NCBI GenBank assembly: GCA_934660865.1
Contig: CAKUIA010000011.1
Coordinates: forward strand, 56,196-88,195
Direction of reading: 5' to 3'
DNA from: an uncultured Opitutales bacterium
GTDB taxonomy: Bacteria > Verrucomicrobiota > Verrucomicrobiia > Opitutales > Intestinicryptomonadaceae
DNA: 32,000 nt
Below are positions 6,632-15,344 of the stretch, one piece after another. The notes below the pieces were generated by a model. It was not told the DNA's origin. It worked only from the letters and a program-made list of their open reading frames with translations, and did not search any database. The translations under genes were made by a program, and so were the position numbers. Positions within the stretch are counted from its first letter, which is position 1. Every line of letters starts with the position of its first letter.

Positions 6632-9028
6632 ATGAGCGAAGATATTTCAAAAAATTCGGGCGATACAAAACAAAAGTCGAAGGTGCTTGTCAGAAAGCGC
6701 GTAGGCTCTAATTACGGCGGCGGCTACGGCAATTACGGTAGTTATGGTAGTTATGGCAACTACGGTAGCTACGGCAATTACGGCGGTTATGGCAACTACG
6801 GCAATTACGGCGGCGGCTACGGCGGTTATGGCGCGGGCGCTTCCGCGGGGGGAGCTTCGGCAATACCAAACCGTACGTTTAAAGACTATTTGGCAATTCT
6901 TAAAGAAAGAATTTGGTACATAATAATTACCTTCATTGTAATTTTTGCGGGCGTAATGCTATATACTGCAAGGGTAACCCCAACGTATATGTCGGCTGCA
7001 AGAATTCAGGTTTTGCGCGATTCCGACAAGTCCATTCCTGTGGCGGGGGCTGAAAACAGCCGCAACGAAGCCATTATGAACATAGAAGACTTCAACACGC
7101 AGGTAAAGATTCTCGAAAGTAGCGAAATTATAAGGCTTGTTCAAAGCCGAATGAAGGAGGACGAAAAAAAGGCTCTAATGCAGCCCTATCAAGATGTCTT
7201 TACTTTGGGCCCCAAGCTTACCGAAGAGGAAATTATCGGTAAAAGCCGCAGGGTTATACCCGAAAGGCTTTCGCTTATAATAAACATTACTTTCGAGCAC
7301 CCCGACGCGCGCATTGCCGCGCAAATGGCAAACTTGTTTGCGCAGGAATACATAAGCTTTAACCAAAACGTAAGGGTTCAAAAACTTCTCGAAAGCCGCG
7401 ACGAGCTTATGCACAAAGTTTCGCAGCAGGAGGAAAAGGTTAAGGCTTTGGACAAGCGCCTTGTAGACTACCGCGAAAAGTACGGCGCAATAAGCCTGGA
7501 AATGAACGAAGATATCGACAGGCGCGAGCTTGTAGAGCTAAACTCGATTGTAACAAACAACAAGCGCGTTTTCGACGCCTGCCAGACAAACTGGGTTCAA
7601 GTTCAGGAATACAAGGCCGAAAACAAAAACCTGTACGATTTGCCCTTTATTGCCGAAATCCCGATTGTAAGCAAACTTTTGCTGGACAAATCGCAACAGC
7701 AAATAACCATTTCGGCTCTCGAAAAGCGCTATAAGGAAAAGCACCCGAGAATGATTGAAGCCCGCAAGGTTATGGACCAAATCGACAAAGAATTGGCGGC
7801 GGCTTTGGATTCTTCGGCGGCTAAAATGAAGTCGAACTACGAAACTGCAAAGGAAAACTACGAGCGCTCGCTAAAGCATTTGGCCGACAAAAAGAAGGCC
7901 GTTTTGGAATTGGGCAAAGTTGCAATTACATACAATTCTTTGGAGCGCGAAAGAGACGTTGAAAAGGGTATTCACTCGGCTTTGATTACTTCGATGACGG
8001 TTAAAACCGCGCAAATAAGCCTTATTTCGCCCACGGCGCAAATCATAGACAGGGCGGTTCCCTCCATCAGAAGGTATAGCCCCAACTACGTTATGAATAC
8101 GGTAATAGGTTTGCTTGGCGGCATTTTGGGCGGCTTGGGTATGGCCTTTGCAGTTGCATTTTTAGACGACCGCGTAAAGAGCGCCTACGACGTAGAATAC
8201 ATAATAGGGCTTCCGCTTTTGGGTGTAATTCCCAGAATAAAGCGTTTGAACAGCTCGGAAAAAGCGCAAATTGTAGCTTCTAACGCCGACAGGGGCGTAA
8301 CCGAGGCCTTCCGCAGTTTGTACTCTTCCATTGGCGTTACCCCGATGGGCAAAAACGCAAAGCTGCTGCTTTCTACAAGTACAACGCCGTCGGAAGGTAA
8401 GTCGTTTGTTATGACAAACTTGGCGTTTATCTCGGCAATGAACGGCGAAAAGGTTGTTATTGTCGACGCCGACTTGCGCTTGCCGTCTATTGCAAAAACT
8501 TTGGGCGTAAAACCCGAAAAGGGCATACTTGCGTGCATAGAAAACGGCGTTCCCCTAAAAGACGCCATCGTCAGAGACGTGTTCCCGAATGTAGACGTTT
8601 TGTTCTGCGAAAGAAGCGCCGCAAACCCGACGCAGATTTTGAACAGCCAGGCCTTTATGGGCATTATAGACCAGCTTAAGGCCGAATACGACAAGGTGTT
8701 TGTAGACTCGCCGCCGGTTGGCGTTGTAAGCGACGTTTTGTCGATATTCCCGCTTGTAGACAGCGTAATGTATGTTGTAAAGTTCAACTCCGTAAAGCGC
8801 AGTTTGGTTAAAATGCACATAAGGAAAATGCTTGAAGCCAATGTTCCGCTGTTGGGCGTTGTAATGAATATGGTTAATATGAGCAATTCGGCCTATTACA
8901 GCACAAGCTATTACAACAAGCAGTACCAAAACTACTATATTTCGGGCGGCAGCGAGCAGGAAGCTGCAAACGATGTGTCGGACGTTGCGCCGCAAGACGG
9001 CAAATCCGGCGAAGATACAAACGCATAA
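6632..9028 (+). CDS. Wzc/GumC-like polysaccharide co-polymerase fused to a BY-type tyrosine autokinase
   Basis: 798 aa. Features read:
- TM1: IWYIIITFIVIFAGVMLYTA.
- A long coiled periplasmic region.
- TM2: VIGLLGGILGGLGMAFAVAFL.
- Walker A: TPSEGKSF.
- Walker A-prime: VVIVDADLR.
- Walker B: VFVDSPP.
- C-terminal tyrosine cluster: AYYSTSYYNKQYQNYY (nt 8894-8938). Confidence 0.85.
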   Translation: MSEDISKNSGDTKQKSKVLVRKRVGSNYGGGYGNYGSYGSYGNYGSYGNYGGYGNYGNYGGGYGGYGAGASAGGASAIPNRTFKDYLAILKERIWYIIITFIVIFAGVMLYTARVTPTYMSAARIQVLRDSDKSIPVAGAENSRNEAIMNIEDFNTQVKILESSEIIRLVQSRMKEDEKKALMQPYQDVFTLGPKLTEEEIIGKSRRVIPERLSLIINITFEHPDARIAAQMANLFAQEYISFNQNVRVQKLLESRDELMHKVSQQEEKVKALDKRLVDYREKYGAISLEMNEDIDRRELVELNSIVTNNKRVFDACQTNWVQVQEYKAENKNLYDLPFIAEIPIVSKLLLDKSQQQITISALEKRYKEKHPRMIEARKVMDQIDKELAAALDSSAAKMKSNYETAKENYERSLKHLADKKKAVLELGKVAITYNSLERERDVEKGIHSALITSMTVKTAQISLISPTAQIIDRAVPSIRRYSPNYVMNTVIGLLGGILGGLGMAFAVAFLDDRVKSAYDVEYIIGLPLLGVIPRIKRLNSSEKAQIVASNADRGVTEAFRSLYSSIGVTPMGKNAKLLLSTSTTPSEGKSFVMTNLAFISAMNGEKVVIVDADLRLPSIAKTLGVKPEKGILACIENGVPLKDAIVRDVFPNVDVLFCERSAANPTQILNSQAFMGIIDQLKAEYDKVFVDSPPVGVVSDVLSIFPLVDSVMYVVKFNSVKRSLVKMHIRKMLEANVPLLGVVMNMVNMSNSAYYSTSYYNKQYQNYYISGGSEQEAANDVSDVAPQDGKSGEDTNA
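6710..6832 (+). repeat. In-frame degenerate tandem repeat encoding NYGGGYGNYGSYGSYGNYGSYGNYGGYGNYGNYGGGYGGYG
   Basis: Codons 27-67 of the Wzc-like gene contain 13 Tyr in 41 residues, each in a [G/S/N]-Y-G context. Synonymous codons alternate (tac/tat, ggc/ggt, aat/aac, agt/agc). The repeat is therefore cleaner at protein level than at DNA level. Confidence 0.9.
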
Positions 9029-9044
9029 CACGTTCTAGAAATTC

Positions 9045-9077
9045 AAAAAACCGACTTTTAAAAGAGTCGGTTTTTTT
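9045..9077. terminator. Intrinsic terminator after the Wzc-like gene
   Basis: Stem CCGACT (9051-9056) pairs with AGTCGG (9065-9070). It is flanked by A6 (9045-9050) and T7 (9071-9077). Confidence 0.7.
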
Positions 9078-9115
9078 GTTGAAATTGCTTGCGTGTTTTT
9101 TGCCGTTGGGCAATA

Positions 9116-10216
9116 ATGTTCGGAATGAATTTTATATATCGCATATTTCTTGCGCTGTTTTGCGCAGTGCTTGTTGCATGCAGCTCGCAAAAAGAATGCG
9201 ATAGTGTTGTGCCGATGGGCGTGTTTTTGCCCTCGCATTCCGACCCAAAGCTTGCCGAAGAAATTAAAAACGCCGTGCAGCTTGCCGTGATGGACGTAAA
9301 CAGTAGCGCCTCGAAAATGAAGGGCAAGCCCCTTGTTGCGGTGTTTAAAAGCGACAATACCGATATGTTTTCGACCTGCAGGGATTTAAGGGCTTTTTTT
9401 GCGAGCGGCAACATAAAGATTTTCCACTTGGCGTTGGACAACCAGATAATTCCCGAGCACAAGTTTTTAAATTCATTAGGCGGGGTTTTTATAAACTATA
9501 TGTGCAAGTACCCGCCTATAACGGTGCTGAACAAAAACAGCGTGCGCATATTTGTAAACGGCGCGCAGGAATGCGAGCTTATGGCTTCGGCCATAAACAA
9601 GGAAAAATTGCCCGAGGGTGTAGACACCAAGATAGTAATGCTTAAAAGCGACGACTTTGTAGGCAAAAGCTGCGGCGACTATTTATATTTCCACATAGAC
9701 GGGCGCGACCGCAAGGTTTACTGCGATGTTTACACCAAAAACGAGACGGACTTTTCGGTATTTGCCGAGCAGATAGAAAGGCTTGCCCCGAAATACTTTT
9801 TTGCCTACACATACGGCACCGAAAACGGCGCAATTTTAGAGGCGCTTAAAAAATACAACTTTGGGGGCGTTTTTGTGTCGAACTGCGCCTATTACGAATC
9901 GGCAAAGCACGAGGATTATTTTTTGCCCGAGTGCTACACTGTAAAAACGGCGTATTCTTTGGACGAGGTTTTAACCGAAAAAAGCCGCTCGTTTAGGCAG
10001 CGCTACTTGCAAACCTATAAAAAACAGCCGTCGTATGTGGCGGCCTATGCGTACGATTCGGTTATGCTTTCGGCGCAGGCCTACAATGCAAGCGCAAACG
10101 AGGGCAAAATGCGCGACTATTTTCTGGGCCGAAAATTTGAAGGCGCGGCAGGCGAAATAACATTCGACACTGCGGGCGACAGCACAAGCCAGTTAAAGCT
10201 TGTAAGGCTAAAATAG
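9116..10216 (+). CDS. Lipoprotein with type-1 periplasmic binding protein fold (Leu/Ile/Val-binding-protein-like)
   Basis: Lipobox LVAC within MFGMNFIYRIFLALFCAVLVACSSQ. LIVBP-family-like segments: AAYAYDSVMLSAQAY and GAAGEITFDTAGDS. The start is ambiguous among ATGs at 9089, 9116 and 9125. No ABC permease or ATPase genes are adjacent. Confidence 0.65.
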   Translation: MFGMNFIYRIFLALFCAVLVACSSQKECDSVVPMGVFLPSHSDPKLAEEIKNAVQLAVMDVNSSASKMKGKPLVAVFKSDNTDMFSTCRDLRAFFASGNIKIFHLALDNQIIPEHKFLNSLGGVFINYMCKYPPITVLNKNSVRIFVNGAQECELMASAINKEKLPEGVDTKIVMLKSDDFVGKSCGDYLYFHIDGRDRKVYCDVYTKNETDFSVFAEQIERLAPKYFFAYTYGTENGAILEALKKYNFGGVFVSNCAYYESAKHEDYFLPECYTVKTAYSLDEVLTEKSRSFRQRYLQTYKKQPSYVAAYAYDSVMLSAQAYNASANEGKMRDYFLGRKFEGAAGEITFDTAGDSTSQLKLVRLK

Positions 10217-10220
10217 CAAT

Positions 10221-11852
10221 ATGGGCTTGTTAGGCGAATTATACAAAAGGGCATATTCCCTTGCTCCCCTGTTGCCCGCAACATTTTTTATTTGCATAGG
10301 CTATGTGTTGGCGTATGCAATGCTAGATACTGCCGATGTATACATTCTGCTTGCCTCGTATTTTTGCCTTGCGCTTTTGTCGGCAATTTTGTTTTGGCGC
10401 TTCGGTAAAAAAATTTTTTTTTACATGTCCGTTCTTTTGTTTGCTTCGCTATATTTTGCGTATAGCGGCAAAGACGCCCCGCAATATTTTGCCGACTACG
10501 AAGACACGCTAACAGTAAGGGTAAAAACCCTATATGCGCAAAATTTCGGCAAAATTAGCGGAATAGGCGAGGTCTTAAAAAGCGGCATAAAAAGCACTCC
10601 CAAAAAAATTTTGTTTTCGGTTCCCGAATGCGGGGGGGTAAATGTTGGCACAAAATTTACCGCAAAGGGCGCGGTGTGCTATATAGACGCAAAAGAGGGC
10701 GGTTTTTACAGGTATTTGGCAAACAACGCCGTATACGCAAAATTTCAGTCGAACCAAAAAATAGAGGTTATAAGAACTTTAGACAACCGTTCGGGCAAAA
10801 ACTTTATAGCCGACATATATTATTATATGCTTGGCTGCGCAAAATCTTTTGCAACCGAAAAACTTGCTTTGGGCGTGCAAGACAACGGCGCGTTTGGAAT
10901 GTATAAGGCCATAGTTTTGGGCGATTCGCAGTGCATTTTAAAGGAGCAAAAAAACGCGTTTGCAAGGAGCGGCGCAATGCACATTTTTGCGATAAGCGGT
11001 TTGCATGTGGGCGTGGTGGCCGCATTGTTGTATGCGCTTTTTGCGGCTTTAAGGTTCGGCCTTTCGGGCAGAATACTTGCGGTGTTGCCGCTTTTGTTTG
11101 TTTACGTTCAAATATGCGGGGCAAAGCCGTCGGCCGTAAGGGCGTTTGTTATGCTTGCGTTTGCGGGGCTGGCCTTCGCATTTAAGCGCAAGGGCGAGTC
11201 GGTTGCGGCCATAACGGCGTCGGCATTGCTGTTTTTGCTTGTGTGCCCGCACATAATTTTCGACGCGGGCTTTTGCTTGTCGTATATGGCGGCGTTTTCT
11301 ATAATACTTTTGGGCGCGCCCATAAGCGAATGGCTCTACCAAAACTCCAAGCTATACACCTATGTTTCCGGCGACATAAAAACGCCTTTCCAGAAGATTG
11401 TTTCGGGATTGTATAAATTCTTTTTAGTTTCGCTTGGCGTATCTTTTGCGGCCTTTTTGGGTTCTTGCGTTGCAAGCGCAGGCATTTTCGGCTATGTTTC
11501 GTTTGCGTCGCAAATAAACGCAACAATATTCGTTTTCGGGGCAACTTTGGTTGTTCCCTTGGGCGTGCTTTCGGTTATATTGCCCGCTTTTGTCGGGCAA
11601 TATCTTAACGTGTTTGCCTGCAAATTATTGGCGTTTATGGCTAAAACCGCCGCAGTATACGCCGATATGCCCTTGTGTATTACATTCCAAAACGCTTCGG
11701 GGTATTTGTCGGTTTTGTTCGGCGTGCTGTTTTTGTCGGTTATTGTATACCTAAATAAATGCAAAAACAGCCTGCTTTTGTTTGTACCTACTTTTACGAT
11801 ATTGTTATATTTAATTTCGGCTTATATTCTGCAATGGACTGCTCTGTTTTAA
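10221..11852 (+). CDS. comEC: ComEC/Rec2-family membrane protein, short form without the C-terminal metallo-beta-lactamase domain
   Basis: 543 aa and polytopic. Competence-domain signature FARSGAMHIFAISGLHVG. The protein ends within the membrane region. I see no HxHxDH motif. Confidence 0.85.
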   Translation: MGLLGELYKRAYSLAPLLPATFFICIGYVLAYAMLDTADVYILLASYFCLALLSAILFWRFGKKIFFYMSVLLFASLYFAYSGKDAPQYFADYEDTLTVRVKTLYAQNFGKISGIGEVLKSGIKSTPKKILFSVPECGGVNVGTKFTAKGAVCYIDAKEGGFYRYLANNAVYAKFQSNQKIEVIRTLDNRSGKNFIADIYYYMLGCAKSFATEKLALGVQDNGAFGMYKAIVLGDSQCILKEQKNAFARSGAMHIFAISGLHVGVVAALLYALFAALRFGLSGRILAVLPLLFVYVQICGAKPSAVRAFVMLAFAGLAFAFKRKGESVAAITASALLFLLVCPHIIFDAGFCLSYMAAFSIILLGAPISEWLYQNSKLYTYVSGDIKTPFQKIVSGLYKFFLVSLGVSFAAFLGSCVASAGIFGYVSFASQINATIFVFGATLVVPLGVLSVILPAFVGQYLNVFACKLLAFMAKTAAVYADMPLCITFQNASGYLSVLFGVLFLSVIVYLNKCKNSLLLFVPTFTILLYLISAYILQWTALF

Positions 11853-13210
11853 ACCTCTATAAAGACCGCATAAACAAGCGAATTTTGGCTTTGTGCCAAG
11901 AGCAGATTTTATGCGGCGAAAAAATCGGCATTGCCATTTCCGGCGGGGCGGATTCGGTATTTTTGCTTTTGTCGGCGGTGCAATATTTCGGCAAAGACAG
12001 CCTGCTTGCCCTGCACTACAACCATAAGGTGCGCAAAAGTGCCGACAACGACGAGCTTTTTGTGCGCAATTTGTGCGCAAGGCTGGGCGTAAGGCTTGTT
12101 TGCGAAAGCAGAAGCGAAGAGATAAAAAACGCAAGCGAGGGCAGTTTAAGGGAAATAAGGCTCGGCTTTTTTGTAAGGCAGGCCGCCGAAAACAATATAA
12201 CGCTTATCGCGCAGGGGCACCATTTAAACGACGTTTCCGAAACCCTTATAATGCGCGTAATGCGCGGGGCGTCGCCCGACGGGCTTTGCGCGCCAAGGGC
12301 AATCTCGAAATACGAAAATGTGGTATTCATACGCCCGCTGTTGGGGCTGGAAAAGTCGCAGATAAAAGACGCTCTTAAAAGCTTGGGGCAAACCTGGTGC
12401 GAAGACGAAACCAACGCAAGCGACAAATATTTGAGGAATAAAATACGCCACAAAGTTGTGCCCGTTTTAGAGGAGGTTTCCGAAAGGGATTTTGCCGCAA
12501 TGGCTGGCCAGTGCAGGGCTTTGCTTGAAGAGCGCGAGGTTTTTTTTGAAAGCTACTGCAACGCGATGTATAAAATCTTCAGGCTTTCCGACAACGTGCT
12601 TGTTTTAAACACCCCGTTTAGGACGGTACAAAGAACTTTAATAGCCAAGTTTTTGGCGGAAAAGGGCGGCGAATTGTCGTTTAAGGCGGCAAACATTTTG
12701 CTGGACGCAATCGCCGCAAACGAAAACCATAAATGCAGCGTAAAATGCGGTTTTTTGGAGTTTTCGGCGAAAAGCCGACAGTTGAGCCTTGCAAAAGCGC
12801 CGAAAGAGGCGTGCGACTACGAAATAAAGCTTTCTTTGGGCGAAAATGTTTTGCCCGACGGCTCTTCGATTTTTCTGGAATTTGCCGATTTCGGCGAAAA
12901 TCCGAAAGAGAGGGCAAAGAAGGAAAGCAATGTTTTCCGCAACGTTTGCGTGAAGGCTTCGGCGTTTCCGCTTTGCGCGCGCAACAGGCGTACGGGCGAC
13001 GCCTACGCATACATAGGCCTTAAAAGCCCCAAAAAACTTCAGGATATTTTTGTCGATAAAAAAGTCGAAAAAATGAAACGAAACGCCTTTCCCGTTGTCA
13101 TAGATAGTATGGGGGAAATTGTGTGGACGGTTTCCGCGCCCCCCGCCGCAAAATATGCGCTTGAAAAAGGCGACAAGGTGTTGAGAATAGTTTACGAGTA
13201 TAAAGAATAG
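11834..13210 (+). CDS. tilS: tRNA(Ile)-lysidine synthetase
   Basis: PP-loop IAISGGADSVFLL and HLNDVSETLIMR. I chose the start at ATG 11834 (MDCSVLNLY), which overlaps the comEC end by 19 nt. The longer track ORF (11759) would lie deep inside comEC. Confidence 0.9.
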   Translation: MDCSVLNLYKDRINKRILALCQEQILCGEKIGIAISGGADSVFLLLSAVQYFGKDSLLALHYNHKVRKSADNDELFVRNLCARLGVRLVCESRSEEIKNASEGSLREIRLGFFVRQAAENNITLIAQGHHLNDVSETLIMRVMRGASPDGLCAPRAISKYENVVFIRPLLGLEKSQIKDALKSLGQTWCEDETNASDKYLRNKIRHKVVPVLEEVSERDFAAMAGQCRALLEEREVFFESYCNAMYKIFRLSDNVLVLNTPFRTVQRTLIAKFLAEKGGELSFKAANILLDAIAANENHKCSVKCGFLEFSAKSRQLSLAKAPKEACDYEIKLSLGENVLPDGSSIFLEFADFGENPKERAKKESNVFRNVCVKASAFPLCARNRRTGDAYAYIGLKSPKKLQDIFVDKKVEKMKRNAFPVVIDSMGEIVWTVSAPPAAKYALEKGDKVLRIVYEYKE

Positions 13211-13214
13211 TTTT

Positions 13215-15203
13215 ATGGATAAAAAAAGCAAACTTCCGAACGAAAAACCAACCGCAAAAATGATGTCGGTTTGGCTTTTGCTGGGAATGGTTATAGTGAT
13301 GTTGTGGACGTTCAATATGTCGGGCAATTCTTCGAGCGTAAAGAATTTCGACATAAAAAAGCTGATGAACGCCACGGTAGACGATTCGCTTGTTGAAATT
13401 CAGCTTACAAGCGACGAATCGGGCGGCAAAGACTGGTATGTTGTATCGGGCAAGATAAAAAACCCCCTGTACGGCAAAGAGGGGGCCGCCAACGCAAAGG
13501 AAAAGACTTTGGATTTTACGTTTTCCGGCAGGATAACCGAAAGCGCATACAACAAGCTTACCGATCCCAACAGCGCATGGAAGGTTGTGGAAAAACCCGC
13601 GGGCTCGTACTGGAAAAACCTGCTAAGCTCGGTGCTGCCGATTTTTATTTTGGTATTTTTGGCGTATTGGCTTTTCTCGCGTCAGATGAAGGCGGGAACG
13701 AAAGGCGCAATGAGTTTCGGCAAAAGCCGCGCGCGTTTGCTCGGCGCCGACAAAGACCGCACCACTTTCGACGACGTTGCGGGTTGCGACGAGTCTAAAG
13801 AAGAGGTTGCCGAAATTGTGGATTTTCTTAAAAACCCGAAAAAGTTTAACGATATCGGCGCCAGAATACCCAAGGGCGTGCTTATGGTTGGCCCTCCGGG
13901 AACGGGTAAAACCCTTTTGGCCAGGGCAATAGCCGGCGAGGCAAATGTTCCGTTTTACTCCATAAGCGGTTCCGACTTTGTTGAAATGTTTGTGGGCGTG
14001 GGCGCGGCCCGCGTGCGCGATATGTTCGACCAAGCCCGCAAATCGGCCCCGTGCCTTGTTTTTATAGACGAAATAGACGCCGTTGGCCGCCAGCGCGGAA
14101 CGGGCATGGGCGGCAGCCACGACGAGCGCGAGCAAACCCTAAATTCGCTTTTGGTTGAAATGGACGGCTTTGACGGCCACGAGGGCATTATAATTATTGC
14201 GGCAACAAACCGCCCCGACGTTCTCGACGCCGCCCTGTTGCGCCCCGGCAGGTTCGACAGGCAGGTTGTTATAGACTTGCCCGACGTTATAGGCCGCGAG
14301 GAAATACTTAAAGTACACTCTAAAAAGCTTAAGTACGACAATACCGTAGACCTTAAAAAAGTCGCCCAAATGACACCGGGGTGTTCGGGCGCCGACTTGG
14401 CCAATTTGCTTAACGAATCGGCAATAACGGCGGCAAGGCGCAACAGCAAAAACATTTCGATGGAAGACATAAACACCGCGCGCGACAAGATATTTTTCGG
14501 CCGCGAAAGGCGCAAGCTTATGGACCCTGCCGAAAAGAGGCTTACGGCGTTCCACGAAGCTGGGCACGCCCTTATACAATGCCTACTAGACGACGGTTCT
14601 TTGCCCATACACAAAGTTACCATAATCCCGCGCGGGCAAAGCCTTGGCTCTACAATGTTTACCCCCACAAAGGATACCCATTGCGAATCCAAAAAGAGCC
14701 TGCTTAACCATATATGCACTTCGCTGGGCGGCAGGGTTGCCGAAGAAATTGCATTGTCGGACATAACAAACGGGGCTTCCGGCGACATAAAAAGCGCCAC
14801 AAAGCTTGCAAAGAAAATGGTGTGCGACTGGGGCATGAGCGATTTGGGCCCGATTTCGTACAACGAAAACCAAGAGCATATCTTTTTGGGCAAGGAAATT
14901 TCGCGCTCGGAAAACATAAGCGAAAAAACGGCCGAGCTTATAGACAGCCAGGTTAAAAAGATTATAGACACGCAGCTTGAACGCGCAAGAAAGCTTGTTT
15001 TAGACAATAAGGCTTTGCTTGAAAAAATTGCGCAGGCTTTGCTTGAACGCGAAACTATAGACGGTGCGGAGGTTACCGCAATAGTTAAGGGCTTGCCCAA
15101 AACCGGGGCCGAAAGCGCCGCAACCGAAAGCGCGGTTGCCAAAAACGAAGCGAACGCGGCCAATGCCGACGGCAACGGCCAAGCGCAACAGCCTAAAGCT
15201 TAG
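13215..15203 (+). CDS. ftsH: ATP-dependent zinc metalloprotease FtsH
   Basis: 662 aa with two N-terminal TM helices. Walker A GPPGTGKT, Walker [13 protein letters not shown] region [20 protein letters not shown], and zinc motif HEAGHAL. Confidence 0.97.
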   Translation: MDKKSKLPNEKPTAKMMSVWLLLGMVIVMLWTFNMSGNSSSVKNFDIKKLMNATVDDSLVEIQLTSDESGGKDWYVVSGKIKNPLYGKEGAANAKEKTLDFTFSGRITESAYNKLTDPNSAWKVVEKPAGSYWKNLLSSVLPIFILVFLAYWLFSRQMKAGTKGAMSFGKSRARLLGADKDRTTFDDVAGCDESKEEVAEIVDFLKNPKKFNDIGARIPKGVLMVGPPGTGKTLLARAIAGEANVPFYSISGSDFVEMFVGVGAARVRDMFDQARKSAPCLVFIDEIDAVGRQRGTGMGGSHDEREQTLNSLLVEMDGFDGHEGIIIIAATNRPDVLDAALLRPGRFDRQVVIDLPDVIGREEILKVHSKKLKYDNTVDLKKVAQMTPGCSGADLANLLNESAITAARRNSKNISMEDINTARDKIFFGRERRKLMDPAEKRLTAFHEAGHALIQCLLDDGSLPIHKVTIIPRGQSLGSTMFTPTKDTHCESKKSLLNHICTSLGGRVAEEIALSDITNGASGDIKSATKLAKKMVCDWGMSDLGPISYNENQEHIFLGKEISRSENISEKTAELIDSQVKKIIDTQLERARKLVLDNKALLEKIAQALLERETIDGAEVTAIVKGLPKTGAESAATESAVAKNEANAANADGNGQAQQPKA

Positions 15204-15234
15204 TTGCTTGTAAAAGGCCAAACATTAGGGCAAC

Positions 15235-15271
15235 TCGGGGCGAAATTTTGTTTTTTGCCCCGACTTTTTTT
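15235..15271 (+). terminator. Intrinsic terminator after ftsH
   Basis: Stem TCGGGGC (15235-15241) pairs with GCCCCGA (15257-15263), followed by a T-run (15265-15271). Confidence 0.7.
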
Positions 15272-15344
15272 GTGCTGAAAGCGCTCCCAAAAAAATATAA
15301 TTTTAGGCTTCAAAAACATTTCATTTTTGCTAGATTAAAAGACA

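Noticed and set aside
6710-6832. Tandem repeat considered as a CRISPR array, microsatellite or contingency locus.
   Set aside because: The units are 9-15 nt, degenerate, in frame and inside a CDS. There is no repeat-spacer architecture, and synonymous-codon alternation argues against slippage-driven phase variation.
8185-9031. 233-aa and 158-aa ORFs antisense to the Wzc-like kinase domain.
   Set aside because: They lie entirely inside a well-supported plus-strand gene with Walker motifs. Their composition is low in complexity (S/T/F-rich or R/V-rich).
13955-15175. 406-aa ORF antisense to ftsH.
   Set aside because: It is a Ser/Leu/Ala-rich shadow frame with no motifs. The plus strand encodes a complete, motif-perfect FtsH. 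This is typical antisense-frame openness.
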